Below are positions 18,186-26,729 of a DNA stretch of 64,000 nt, piece after piece. The notes beneath the pieces were generated by a model. That model was not told the origin of the DNA. It did not search any database and saw only the letters and a program-made list of their open reading frames with translations. Position numbers and translations under genes: made by a program. The DNA is from an uncultured Anaerolineales bacterium (GTDB taxonomy: Bacteria > Chloroflexota > Anaerolineae > Anaerolineales > UBA11858), in NCBI GenBank assembly GCA_964457375.1, contig CAYWFK010000003.1:4652-68651 (forward strand). The letters are read 5' to 3'. The first letter of the stretch is position 1. Every line of letters starts with the position of its first letter.

Positions 18186-19283
18186 TTATGGCTTGACGGA
18201 AACCAGCTTCCCGAAACTGTTGATTTGTAAATGCCATTTGGAGCCAATTTCGAAAGTGCTGAATTGGTTGTAGTCATCCGTTTCGTATGTGTAATCGCCT
18301 TTCGGTGTATCGAAGAGAACCGCATACGTTTCGTATCGTTCACCCAGCCTTTGATCTTCGTTCAGGGATGGATCAGGCCAGTAGGCGTTGAGATCATTTC
18401 CGGAGACGGAAACCGTGTCGACAGTTTGCCATTCCATAATCGAATAGCTGCAATAATCATCGTAGACATGGTATTCGCAGTCCTGAACCACTTCGCCGAC
18501 ACCGTTTCCCGAATCGACTGTGTAGGGTGTTCCGCAGACCTCGGTGGAATTGGGTACGGGTTCGCTAACGACGCTGCGTTCTTTCTGAGAGCAGGCTTCG
18601 ATTTCCGCTTCGGAAGGAATTTCATCCCGCCAATCCTCGTGCTTTGCGGGGGCATAGGCTTCGATGGCGACAGCCCGCTTCCAGGAAAGGCCGGTAACCA
18701 CACCGGAAACGGCGTTCGTTTTCATCGACATGAACATGAAAATTCCCCCGATGACACAACAAACCAGCAAGATGAGAATGAGTACAGCAGGGACGGCTTT
18801 CGAAACCGGCTTTTTGGCAGTGCCTCCGGCTGCCGGTGCGGATGACTTTTCTTCTTCGTATCCGGGTTGTTCTTTACGCAAGGATGCTCCGCACTGTGCA
18901 CAGGTCAGGGCATTGCCGGGGTTTTCTGCGCCGCAATTCGGGCACATGATTTTTTCGAGTTTCTCTTTGCGATAAGCGCCGACGACACGCCCCTTTTTGC
19001 GCTTTTGACCACCAGTCAGATCACCCCCGCATTGGGAGCATGTTTTTGCACTGGATGGGTTACGTGCACCACAGTATGGGCAATGGATATCCGGACCGGC
19101 TTCGGCTTTCTTTGCCAGCTTTTCGTCATTGGAAAGTTCCTGGCCGGGCTTCTGGATGAATTGCACGTCATCAGGCTGAGGCGCACCGCAATTCAGACAG
19201 ACTTTCTCCTCGCCGGGATTGAGGGTTTCACAATTCGGGCAGGTCCAGAACAGTTCGACATAACCTAATTTTTTCTTTGCCAT
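18186..19283 (-). CDS. triple zinc-ribbon membrane protein with a Cys-rich extracytoplasmic domain (hypothetical)
   Basis: 365 aa. Three CxxC-x10-12-CxxC ribbons (CPNCETLNPGEEKVCLNCG, CPYCGARNPSSAKTCSQCG, CPNCGAENPGNALTCAQCG), one TM helix (AVPAVLILILLVCCVIGGIFMFM) and a C-terminal domain of about 170 aa. GGAGGA RBS. Confidence 0.7.
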   Translation of the reverse strand: MAKKKLGYVELFWTCPNCETLNPGEEKVCLNCGAPQPDDVQFIQKPGQELSNDEKLAKKAEAGPDIHCPYCGARNPSSAKTCSQCGGDLTGGQKRKKGRVVGAYRKEKLEKIMCPNCGAENPGNALTCAQCGASLRKEQPGYEEEKSSAPAAGGTAKKPVSKAVPAVLILILLVCCVIGGIFMFMSMKTNAVSGVVTGLSWKRAVAIEAYAPAKHEDWRDEIPSEAEIEACSQKERSVVSEPVPNSTEVCGTPYTVDSGNGVGEVVQDCEYHVYDDYCSYSIMEWQTVDTVSVSGNDLNAYWPDPSLNEDQRLGERYETYAVLFDTPKGDYTYETDDYNQFSTFEIGSKWHLQINSFGKLVSVKP

Positions 19284-19597
19284 AGTTACGCATTCCTCCG
19301 CTGGAAAACATGGTGATGCTTAATGGGGTACCTTGATTAAAGCAGAGAATGTTAATTTTGTCGAGAAAAAACCGCTGAAATCAGATATTTTCCCGAAGAT
19401 GACAAGTGTAAAGCGAATTGCCTTTGAAAATGGCAACCCGATGGCTTTTTTTTGGGGGTTTTTTACTGGCTAGGACAAGGAAACCATGATAAAGTATCGG
19501 ACGATGGGTACTTTTTTGCGGTGCTCATTGAGTTTGATTTTTGGGAATTCATGCGGCCACCGCCGGCTGAATTGGCGAGAATTCGTTGAGGTTTTCG

Positions 19598-20671
19598 ATG
19601 ATTATCACCCGCTTACGTAACTTTGCAAAAGATGAATGGCTGCTCGCGATTGCTTTCTCCGGGCTGCTGCTTACGTCTGTTTATCTAAGGCGGATACCGG
19701 CGTATGCGGTTTCCGATCTGGAAATTTTGTATATTCTGTTTGTGCTGTTTCTTGTGACAAAAGGGCTTCAGCTTCACGGGGTGATTGCATATGTGGCTGA
19801 AAAACTTGAAGCCGGGCGGTTCGTTGCCGTGAAGATGGTTGCGATTACTTTTTTCCTGTCCATGCTTGTCACGAATGATGTTGCTCTTGTGTCGATTGTC
19901 CCGCTGACCGTTTTGCTGCATACGAAAAACAAGGAATGGCTGGTCATTCTGGAAGCGCTGGCAGCCAATGCAGGTTCGGCTTTTTCTCCGTTCGGCAATC
20001 CGCAGAACCTTTTTCTGTACTGGTTTTACGAAGTGCCGATAGCGGATTTCGTGCAGGAAATCTGGACTTTTTCAGGCCTGTTTTTCGTCCTGCTGGCCGC
20101 GGCAGCATGGTTTCTGGATAGGCGGGAAACCGTCCGGGTGCAGCGCCAGCCGGAGACCGTGAAGGGTAAAGCCTATGTGTATCTGGTTTTATTGCCGGTG
20201 TTTATTTTGTCTGTTTTGCGAATACTTCCTTTGACGGTGGGTTTGGGGGTGATTTTATTTGTTTTGCTTTTCGATCGTGCTGTTTTCGCCGTCGATTATG
20301 CGTTGCTGATTACGTTTGCGTGCTTTTTCGGGTTTACGGATAATTTGCGGATTATCCTCTCAGGAATATTATCCCATCCTCATCATGTGTTTTTGCTGTC
20401 TGCGTTCCTCAGCCAGGGCATCAGCAATGTGCCGGCTGCGCTGCTGGTGGCAGATTTTACCCGGCGCTGGCGCTCGTTGCTCTGGGGGGTGAGCGTGGGT
20501 GGTTTCGGGACTTTGGTGGCTTCTTTGGCAAACCTGATTGCCTACCGGATTTATGTGAATCATGAGAAAACGCGCAAGGGTGCTTTCCTGCTCAGGTTTC
20601 ACGCGGCAAGCATTGCTGCTTTTCTGCTTGGTGTTTCGTTGTACTTTCTGGTTTTTGTTGCCGGTGTATGA
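19598..20671 (+). CDS. ArsB/NhaD (citrate-transporter-like) family anion permease
   Basis: Polytopic membrane protein whose SPFGNPQN motif is typical of this permease superfamily. ATG 19598 has GAGG 8 nt upstream. TTG 19586 is an alternative start. Confidence 0.6.
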   Translation: MIITRLRNFAKDEWLLAIAFSGLLLTSVYLRRIPAYAVSDLEILYILFVLFLVTKGLQLHGVIAYVAEKLEAGRFVAVKMVAITFFLSMLVTNDVALVSIVPLTVLLHTKNKEWLVILEALAANAGSAFSPFGNPQNLFLYWFYEVPIADFVQEIWTFSGLFFVLLAAAAWFLDRRETVRVQRQPETVKGKAYVYLVLLPVFILSVLRILPLTVGLGVILFVLLFDRAVFAVDYALLITFACFFGFTDNLRIILSGILSHPHHVFLLSAFLSQGISNVPAALLVADFTRRWRSLLWGVSVGGFGTLVASLANLIAYRIYVNHEKTRKGAFLLRFHAASIAAFLLGVSLYFLVFVAGV

Positions 20672-20892
20672 ACGCAGATTTTTCTGATGTTTTTTCTTCG
20701 ACGTGGTGAATGGCTGCCGGCAGTGTTTTGCGGTGGCTTCCTGTGAACTGTGAACACATTTTGCTGCCCGGCTGTTGCATTATCCTGCTGGAAAACGACA
20801 AACCGCTTACGGCATAATAAGACCTGTGTCAAGCCGTCGTGCTTTTTTTGAGGGTTACACGGATTAGCCTTACACAGGTGAGATGGCGCTGC

Positions 20893-23025
20893 CTATTGAC
20901 CCAAATCGACTTTCCGTAACAGTTGTGCATTGAGTGCAACAATCACGGTGCTGAGCGACATCAGCACTGCTCCGACTGCGGGGGAGAGTAAAAAGCCCCA
21001 GGGTGCCAGAACGCCTGCCGCCAGCGGGATTGCCACGATATTGTAGCCGGTTGCCCATATCAGATTTTCTTTCATCTTTTGGTAACTGGCACGGCTCAAC
21101 GCAAAGATTTTCAAAACGTCCAGCGGGTTGTTTCTCACGAGAATGATCCCCGCAGATTCGATTGCTACATCAGTACCGCCGCCGATGGCAATCCCCACGT
21201 CGGCACGTGTTAGCGCCGGTGCGTCGTTGACCCCGTCTCCGACCATTGCTACGCGTTTGCCTTGTGCCTGAAGTTCGGCAACTATTCTGTCTTTTTGCTC
21301 CGGGAGAATTTCGGCATAAACGGTTTTGATACCCAATGTTCGGGCGACCGATTGAGCTGTGGCTTTGCTGTCCCCCGTGAGCAGGACAACATGGAACCCG
21401 TGCTGGTGAAGCTTGTCGACAGCTTCTTTGCTTTCGGGGCGGATGATGTCTGCCATGGCAATGCAGGCAATCACTTGCCGGTCTTGCAGCAGGGTAATGA
21501 CACTTTGCCCGTTCCGGTTGGCTTGCCGATTGAATTCCAGGAAGTGTTGATCGATTGTGATGTTCATCATTTCCAGCAGGCGGGGACCGCCAATCGAGAT
21601 GGTGTGCTCCCCGATTTGAGCTTTGGCTCCCCGGCCCTTGATTGCCTGAAAACTCGTTACCGAAGGCAGGGAAAGGCCACGTTCTTTTGCCGACCGCCGG
21701 ATTCCCCGGGCGATAGCGTGTTCCGAGTCGCCTTCTACGGCAGAAGCCAGCGCCAATACCCTGGATTCGTCCCAACCTTTGGCGGTCAGAATATCCACGA
21801 CACCGAATACGCCGCGGGTGAGTGTGCCGGTTTTATCGAAGATAACGGTGTCGATATGGCGGGCAGCTTCCAGTGAAAGGCGGTCGCGTACCAGGATGCC
21901 ATTACGGGCACCTTTTGCAGTTGTGATGGCAACGACCAAAGGGACTGCGAGACCAAGCGCGTGCGGGCAGGCAATGACAAGCACAGTGGCAACACGGGCG
22001 ATTACCTCGGAATTGAAACCAATTGCCGCAGACCAGATGATGCCTGTCAGCGCTGCGGTGCCAAGCGCAATGTAGAAGAGCCAGCCGGCGGCTTTGTCGG
22101 CGAGAATTTGGGTGCCGGATTTGCTCTGCTGGGCTTGTTCGACCAGCCGCATGATTCCGGCGAGCGCTGTATCGGCTCCTGTTGCCGTCACACGGATTCT
22201 CAGGCTCCCGTCGCCGTTGAGAGTTCCTGCAATGACTTTCGATTGCACGGTTTTGGGGACGGGTTTGGATTCTCCCGTGATCATTGCTTCGCTGACTTCC
22301 GATTCACCTGCCACAATAATCCCGTCTGCCGGAATGCCGGCACCGGGGCGTACCAAAACCAGGTCGCCTGTTTCGAGATCGTCCGCCGCGATTGGAATGG
22401 TGTTCCCGTCCGGTGTGATTTTCTCGGCTGTATCCGGCATGAGTTTTGCCAGTTCATCCAATGCACCGGAAGCCTGGCGGATGCTGCGCATTTCGAGCCA
22501 GTGCCCCAGCAGCATGATGTCGATGAGCGTTACCAGTTCCCAGAAAAATGTCGCACCGGTTCCAAAGAAAAAGGCAGCCAGACTGTATACAAAAGCTACG
22601 CTGATTGCCAAGGATATCAATGCCATCATGCCGGGTTTTCGGTTCCTGATTTCCGGCAGGGTCATTTTCAGAAAGGGGAAGCCGCCATAAAAGAAAATCA
22701 GCATCCCGAAGAAAGGGGAAATCAGATTACTGCCAACGAACGGCGGCAGTGTAATCCCCAGCCAGTTTTGAATGGACGGACTAAATAAAAGCACCGGCAC
22801 CGACAGGAACAGGCTGACCCAAAAACGCTTCCGGAAAACCTGCTCGTGCCCGCGGTGGTCCACGTGGGCGCTGTGTTGGTTCTTTTTGTTGTGACCATCT
22901 GCGTGAAGGTGCTGCGTTTGGGGATGCGTGTGTTTTTGGGGCTTGCCGGTTTTCGTTGCTTTCTTATGCTTATGTTCTTGATGCTCCGGGTTCATCCGGG
23001 TTGACGATTGTTCGTGGCTGTGCAT
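20893..23025 (-). CDS. copB: heavy-metal (copper) translocating P1B-type ATPase, CopB-like
   Basis: DKTGTLT phosphorylation site, CPH metal-binding motif in the TM helix ([13 protein letters not shown]), GDGVNDAP hinge and TGES actuator. The N-terminus is His-rich (HSHEQ...HQEHKHKK...[14 protein letters not shown]). Start ATG 23025 is preceded by GGAAGGA. Confidence 0.88.
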   Translation of the reverse strand: MHSHEQSSTRMNPEHQEHKHKKATKTGKPQKHTHPQTQHLHADGHNKKNQHSAHVDHRGHEQVFRKRFWVSLFLSVPVLLFSPSIQNWLGITLPPFVGSNLISPFFGMLIFFYGGFPFLKMTLPEIRNRKPGMMALISLAISVAFVYSLAAFFFGTGATFFWELVTLIDIMLLGHWLEMRSIRQASGALDELAKLMPDTAEKITPDGNTIPIAADDLETGDLVLVRPGAGIPADGIIVAGESEVSEAMITGESKPVPKTVQSKVIAGTLNGDGSLRIRVTATGADTALAGIMRLVEQAQQSKSGTQILADKAAGWLFYIALGTAALTGIIWSAAIGFNSEVIARVATVLVIACPHALGLAVPLVVAITTAKGARNGILVRDRLSLEAARHIDTVIFDKTGTLTRGVFGVVDILTAKGWDESRVLALASAVEGDSEHAIARGIRRSAKERGLSLPSVTSFQAIKGRGAKAQIGEHTISIGGPRLLEMMNITIDQHFLEFNRQANRNGQSVITLLQDRQVIACIAMADIIRPESKEAVDKLHQHGFHVVLLTGDSKATAQSVARTLGIKTVYAEILPEQKDRIVAELQAQGKRVAMVGDGVNDAPALTRADVGIAIGGGTDVAIESAGIILVRNNPLDVLKIFALSRASYQKMKENLIWATGYNIVAIPLAAGVLAPWGFLLSPAVGAVLMSLSTVIVALNAQLLRKVDLGQ

Positions 23026-23102
23026 TTCTTGATCCTTCCGTGTGTGTTTTGCCAAATGGGGTGTTCCCAAATATGCGGGTGGAACGGTTATCGCCGGAGG
23101 CA

Positions 23103-23342
23103 TTACCGCAGATCCGTTTTCATTCTTTCGTATTCTTTTCTGCCGATTTCGCCGCGGGCAAACCGGTTGGCGATGATTTTTTCGGGGTCATGCTCATTCC
23201 TGATTGCGCTGATTTTTCGGCTGCTCTGGCCGGAAAATAACGATTTGACCAGCAAGAGTATTCCTGCGAGCATTCCGAGCCAAACGCTCAGCATGATAAT
23301 CTCCCCGATAATTCCGGTTTCAACTTCGGCGCCTGTCATCAT
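23103..23342 (-). CDS. small membrane protein with a C-terminal SHOCT domain
   Basis: 79 aa. One TM helix ([17 protein letters not shown]) and a C-terminal [21 protein letters not shown] that matches the SHOCT pattern. GGGAG RBS. Confidence 0.7.
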   Translation of the reverse strand: MMTGAEVETGIIGEIIMLSVWLGMLAGILLLVKSLFSGQSSRKISAIRNEHDPEKIIANRFARGEIGRKEYERMKTDLR

Positions 23343-23642
23343 GATTGTTTCTCCCTTCGATTTTCCATTTGTTCGATGATCACTGTTGATGTCATCATCT
23401 TAGCAGGGCTTGATAAAGCCCCGGTGTAGCAGAAATAAAGAATTTGTAAAGCTTTCTGCTTTTTGGAATATCTGCGGGCAATAACCGGTTGATTTGCCGG
23501 TTGGTGTGCAAGTTCTCGTTGCCGGGGTGGTGAATTGGCCGTTTGCCTGAACGGAAGGCTGCTTTGAGGAAGATGCTTGGCAGGGATGCTGGCGTATTGC
23601 CGGATTTTTTGCTGTGACGGAATGACGGAATGCCGGGACGCG

Positions 23643-24806
23643 TCAGGGGGTATTGCGGGGGTGTGCTATCGGCAGGGTGAACGAAAAAGTGCTGCCTAAA
23701 CCGATGCCGTCGCTTTCCGCCTTGATTGTCCCGCCGTGGGCTTCGACCAGATATTTGGCAATCGTCAAGCCAATGCCGCTGCCACCGGCGACGCGTGAGC
23801 GCGATTTATCGACGCGGTAAAAACGGGTGAAAAGGTTTTGCAAATGTTCCTGTGAAATGCCGATACCGTTATCATGAACGGAGATCAAAATCCGGTTTCC
23901 CTGCGGAAATGCGGAGACGCTCACCTTTCCTCCGCCGGGTGTATATTGCAATGCGTTGCCGACAAGATTGACCAGCACCTGGTGGATGCGGTCTTTGTCA
24001 GCGAGCACCAGGGGAAGGCTTTCCGGAATTCGGGCTTCGAAGGTAACTTGTTTCTCGTGGAATTGCTGGCTGAGGTGAGCGATAACTTCCGATATCAAAG
24101 CGCTGATTTGGATGGACATTTTATTCAGGGAATAGGCACCGGCTTCTACCCGGCTCAGTTCCTGCAGGTCACGAACCAGACGCTGTAAGCGGTCGGCTTC
24201 GCGGTGGACCTGCTGGTAAGTGGTGTTGTTTGCCGGCAGAACACCGTCCATCAAGCCTTCCATGTATCCCTTGATGGTGGTCAGCGGTGTGCGCAATTCA
24301 TGGGCAACATCGCCAATCAATTGGCGGCGCATGGTCTCGGTTTGTGAAAGCTTTTCTGCCATCCGGTTGAAACTCAGGGCGAGCTGGGCAAGTTCGTCCA
24401 GTTCTCCTTTTGCCGGATTGCCGGGGATGTCGACGCGCAGGTCGTAATGCCCTTCGGTGATGTGCTGGCTGGCAATCATCATCGCCCGAACCGGCGAAAC
24501 GACTTGTCTGGTGATGAAGACACTGACAGCGAGCGCTGCCAGTGTTGCAGCAATACTGGCTATCGTTACCGCTTCGGTAACGGCTGCGCGAAAACTTTGA
24601 AACAGATTTGTGTTCAGGTCCATCCCCGGTGGAAGCCCGGTTTTCACGCCTGACATCATCGTGCTCATGAAAGCCATGTGCCTGTCGAATGCCCGCGGTA
24701 CAACCAGTTCGGCGGCAACGAACAGAACGAACATGCCGGCGGCGATGACTGCCAGGTACGAAATAAAAATTTTCCAACCGAGATGACTTTGGATAGTGCG
24801 CCACAT
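23643..24806 (-). CDS. sensor histidine kinase (TM-HAMP-HisKA-HATPase_c)
   Basis: H-box HELRTPLTTIKGY, N-box LVNLVGNALQYT, G-boxes DNGIGI and GGSGIGL. Two TM helices flank a short periplasmic loop. Confidence 0.9.
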   Translation of the reverse strand: MWRTIQSHLGWKIFISYLAVIAAGMFVLFVAAELVVPRAFDRHMAFMSTMMSGVKTGLPPGMDLNTNLFQSFRAAVTEAVTIASIAATLAALAVSVFITRQVVSPVRAMMIASQHITEGHYDLRVDIPGNPAKGELDELAQLALSFNRMAEKLSQTETMRRQLIGDVAHELRTPLTTIKGYMEGLMDGVLPANNTTYQQVHREADRLQRLVRDLQELSRVEAGAYSLNKMSIQISALISEVIAHLSQQFHEKQVTFEARIPESLPLVLADKDRIHQVLVNLVGNALQYTPGGGKVSVSAFPQGNRILISVHDNGIGISQEHLQNLFTRFYRVDKSRSRVAGGSGIGLTIAKYLVEAHGGTIKAESDGIGLGSTFSFTLPIAHPRNTP

Positions 24807-24808
24807 GG

Positions 24809-25492
24809 TTATTGCCTCTTTTCGATAAAACGGTAACCGACACCGCGGACGGTTGCGATGAATTCCTCTCCGAGTTTTTGGCGGATATGGCCGATGTGAA
24901 CGTCTACGACCCGCATTTCGCCGTAATAGTCAATTCCCCATACTTTTTCCAGTAATTGTTCGCGGCTCAAAACAAGGCCGCTGTGGCGTGCAAGCGTTTC
25001 CAGCAAATTGAATTCCATGGCAGTTAAATCGACGAGCCTGCCATCAACCCGAACCTCACGTGCACCGGGATCGATACGGATATGCGGGAAGACAAGTTCT
25101 TCCGGTCCGCGGGCGTTGCGGTGATTCCCTGCCCGCCGCAATGTGGCTTTGACCCGTGCGACAAGTTCCCGGGGGCTGAAAGGCTTGGTGACATAATCGT
25201 CCGCCCCTACCGAAAGGCCGATGATTTTATCCGTTTCTTCTGCCCGGGCGGTGAGCATGATCACGTACACATCGGATTCGCGCCGCAGACGGGTAAGCAA
25301 TTCGATCCCGTCGATGCCCGGGAGCATGATATCGAGGATGACCAAATCCGGGTGGTATGCTTGAACTGCTTTAAGCCCGGCAAGTCCGTCTGCTGCCGTA
25401 TATACCGTGAAACCTTCGGCGCGCAGATAGGCATCCACCAGATTCAGGATGCCCGGCTCATCATCGATTATGAGTATTTTGGCGTTTGGCAT
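24809..25492 (-). CDS. OmpR/PhoB-family response regulator
   Basis: Receiver domain (ILIIDDE...DLVILDIMLPGIDG...KPF) plus a winged-helix output (LTAMEFNLLETLA...TVRGVGYRF). Lies 2 nt upstream of the kinase gene. Confidence 0.92.
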   Translation of the reverse strand: MPNAKILIIDDEPGILNLVDAYLRAEGFTVYTAADGLAGLKAVQAYHPDLVILDIMLPGIDGIELLTRLRRESDVYVIMLTARAEETDKIIGLSVGADDYVTKPFSPRELVARVKATLRRAGNHRNARGPEELVFPHIRIDPGAREVRVDGRLVDLTAMEFNLLETLARHSGLVLSREQLLEKVWGIDYYGEMRVVDVHIGHIRQKLGEEFIATVRGVGYRFIEKRQ

Positions 25493-25810
25493 CCGGTTTC
25501 TCCTTTTTGGTGAACTTCCTGACGAAACAAGTCTTACAAGATAAGTATATACCAGGAACTGTTGCAGATGCGTGACGGTGTGAGTGCAACGGTTGTCATC
25601 CGGGAAGGGGTTGCTTTACGGCGGGTTAGTTTAACATCCATCGATGAAGAAACGGTAAAGGATTGGTGAAGGGATGATAAAGAAGGGATGCGGAGACGCA
25701 TTCCCTTTGCGCCGGTGGAACGCTTTTATCCCGAAATCAGCCTTTTTGGGGTATGATTAAATTGTAGCAGGTGACTGCTGTTGATTGAAACTGTATGGTA
25801 TCAAGCCTGA

Positions 25811-26698
25811 ATGGAGAGAATTATGAAACCGGATTTGACTGAACAATTGCTGGAATTGGTGCGACTGACCTCAACCAGCCTGCCGCCGGATGTCGAAAAG
25901 CGTTTGCATGAGGCTTTGAACGCAGAAGCGGAAGGTTCTGCTGCCAGAGGGGCTTTGGAAACAATCCTGAAAAATGTCGAGCTGGCACGCAAGAACTCTT
26001 CTCCGATTTGTCAGGATACAGGCACTCCGATTTTTTATGTTGACTATCCGGAAGGTTGGAGTACGATTTCACTGCGAAAACAAATTCAGGACGCAGTGAT
26101 TAAAGCAACGGAATTGACGTATCTGCGTCCGAATTCGGTGAATGCAGTTACCGGGAAAAACACAGGCAATAATACAGGCGATGAGTATTATCCTTTGATT
26201 CATTTTCGTGAAGTCGAAGGAAAGAAACTGACCGTGCGGTTGATGTTGAAAGGCGGCGGTTGTGAAAACGTCGGTGCTCAATACAAACTGCCGGATAACC
26301 GGCTGGGCGCCGGACGCGATCTCGAAGGAGTGCGCAAGGTCGTTTTGGATGCGGTTTTCCAGGCACAGGGAAAAGGGTGCGCTCCGGGGGTGCTGGGTGT
26401 TGCAATCGGCGGGGACAGGGGAACTTCGTATCTCGCGTCGAAAGAGACTCTTTTCCGGCAAATCGATGAGCCGGCAGCCGACCCTGCGATCGAGACACTT
26501 GAAAAGCAAATTACGGAAGAAGCCAATCAACTCGGAATTGGTCCGATGGGCTTCGGAGGCAAGACGACCGTACTGGGAACGAAAATCAAGGGCATGCACC
26601 GGCTGCCGGCCAGTTATTTCGTTTCGGTTTCTTACATGTGTTGGGCTTACCGCCGCAGGAAGATGGTTGTAGATGGCAACGATGTCACTTATTCCTGA
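25811..26698 (+). CDS. Fe-S-type hydro-lyase alpha subunit (class I fumarate hydratase / L(+)-tartrate dehydratase alpha type)
   Basis: 295 aa with the ICQDTGTPIF signature and a KGGGCEN region. ATG 25823 (GGAGAG upstream) is an alternative start. Confidence 0.82.
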   Translation: MERIMKPDLTEQLLELVRLTSTSLPPDVEKRLHEALNAEAEGSAARGALETILKNVELARKNSSPICQDTGTPIFYVDYPEGWSTISLRKQIQDAVIKATELTYLRPNSVNAVTGKNTGNNTGDEYYPLIHFREVEGKKLTVRLMLKGGGCENVGAQYKLPDNRLGAGRDLEGVRKVVLDAVFQAQGKGCAPGVLGVAIGGDRGTSYLASKETLFRQIDEPAADPAIETLEKQITEEANQLGIGPMGFGGKTTVLGTKIKGMHRLPASYFVSVSYMCWAYRRRKMVVDGNDVTYS

Positions 26699-26729
26699 TG
26701 TTTTGTGTTGCAGTTTTGGCGGGTAGATT

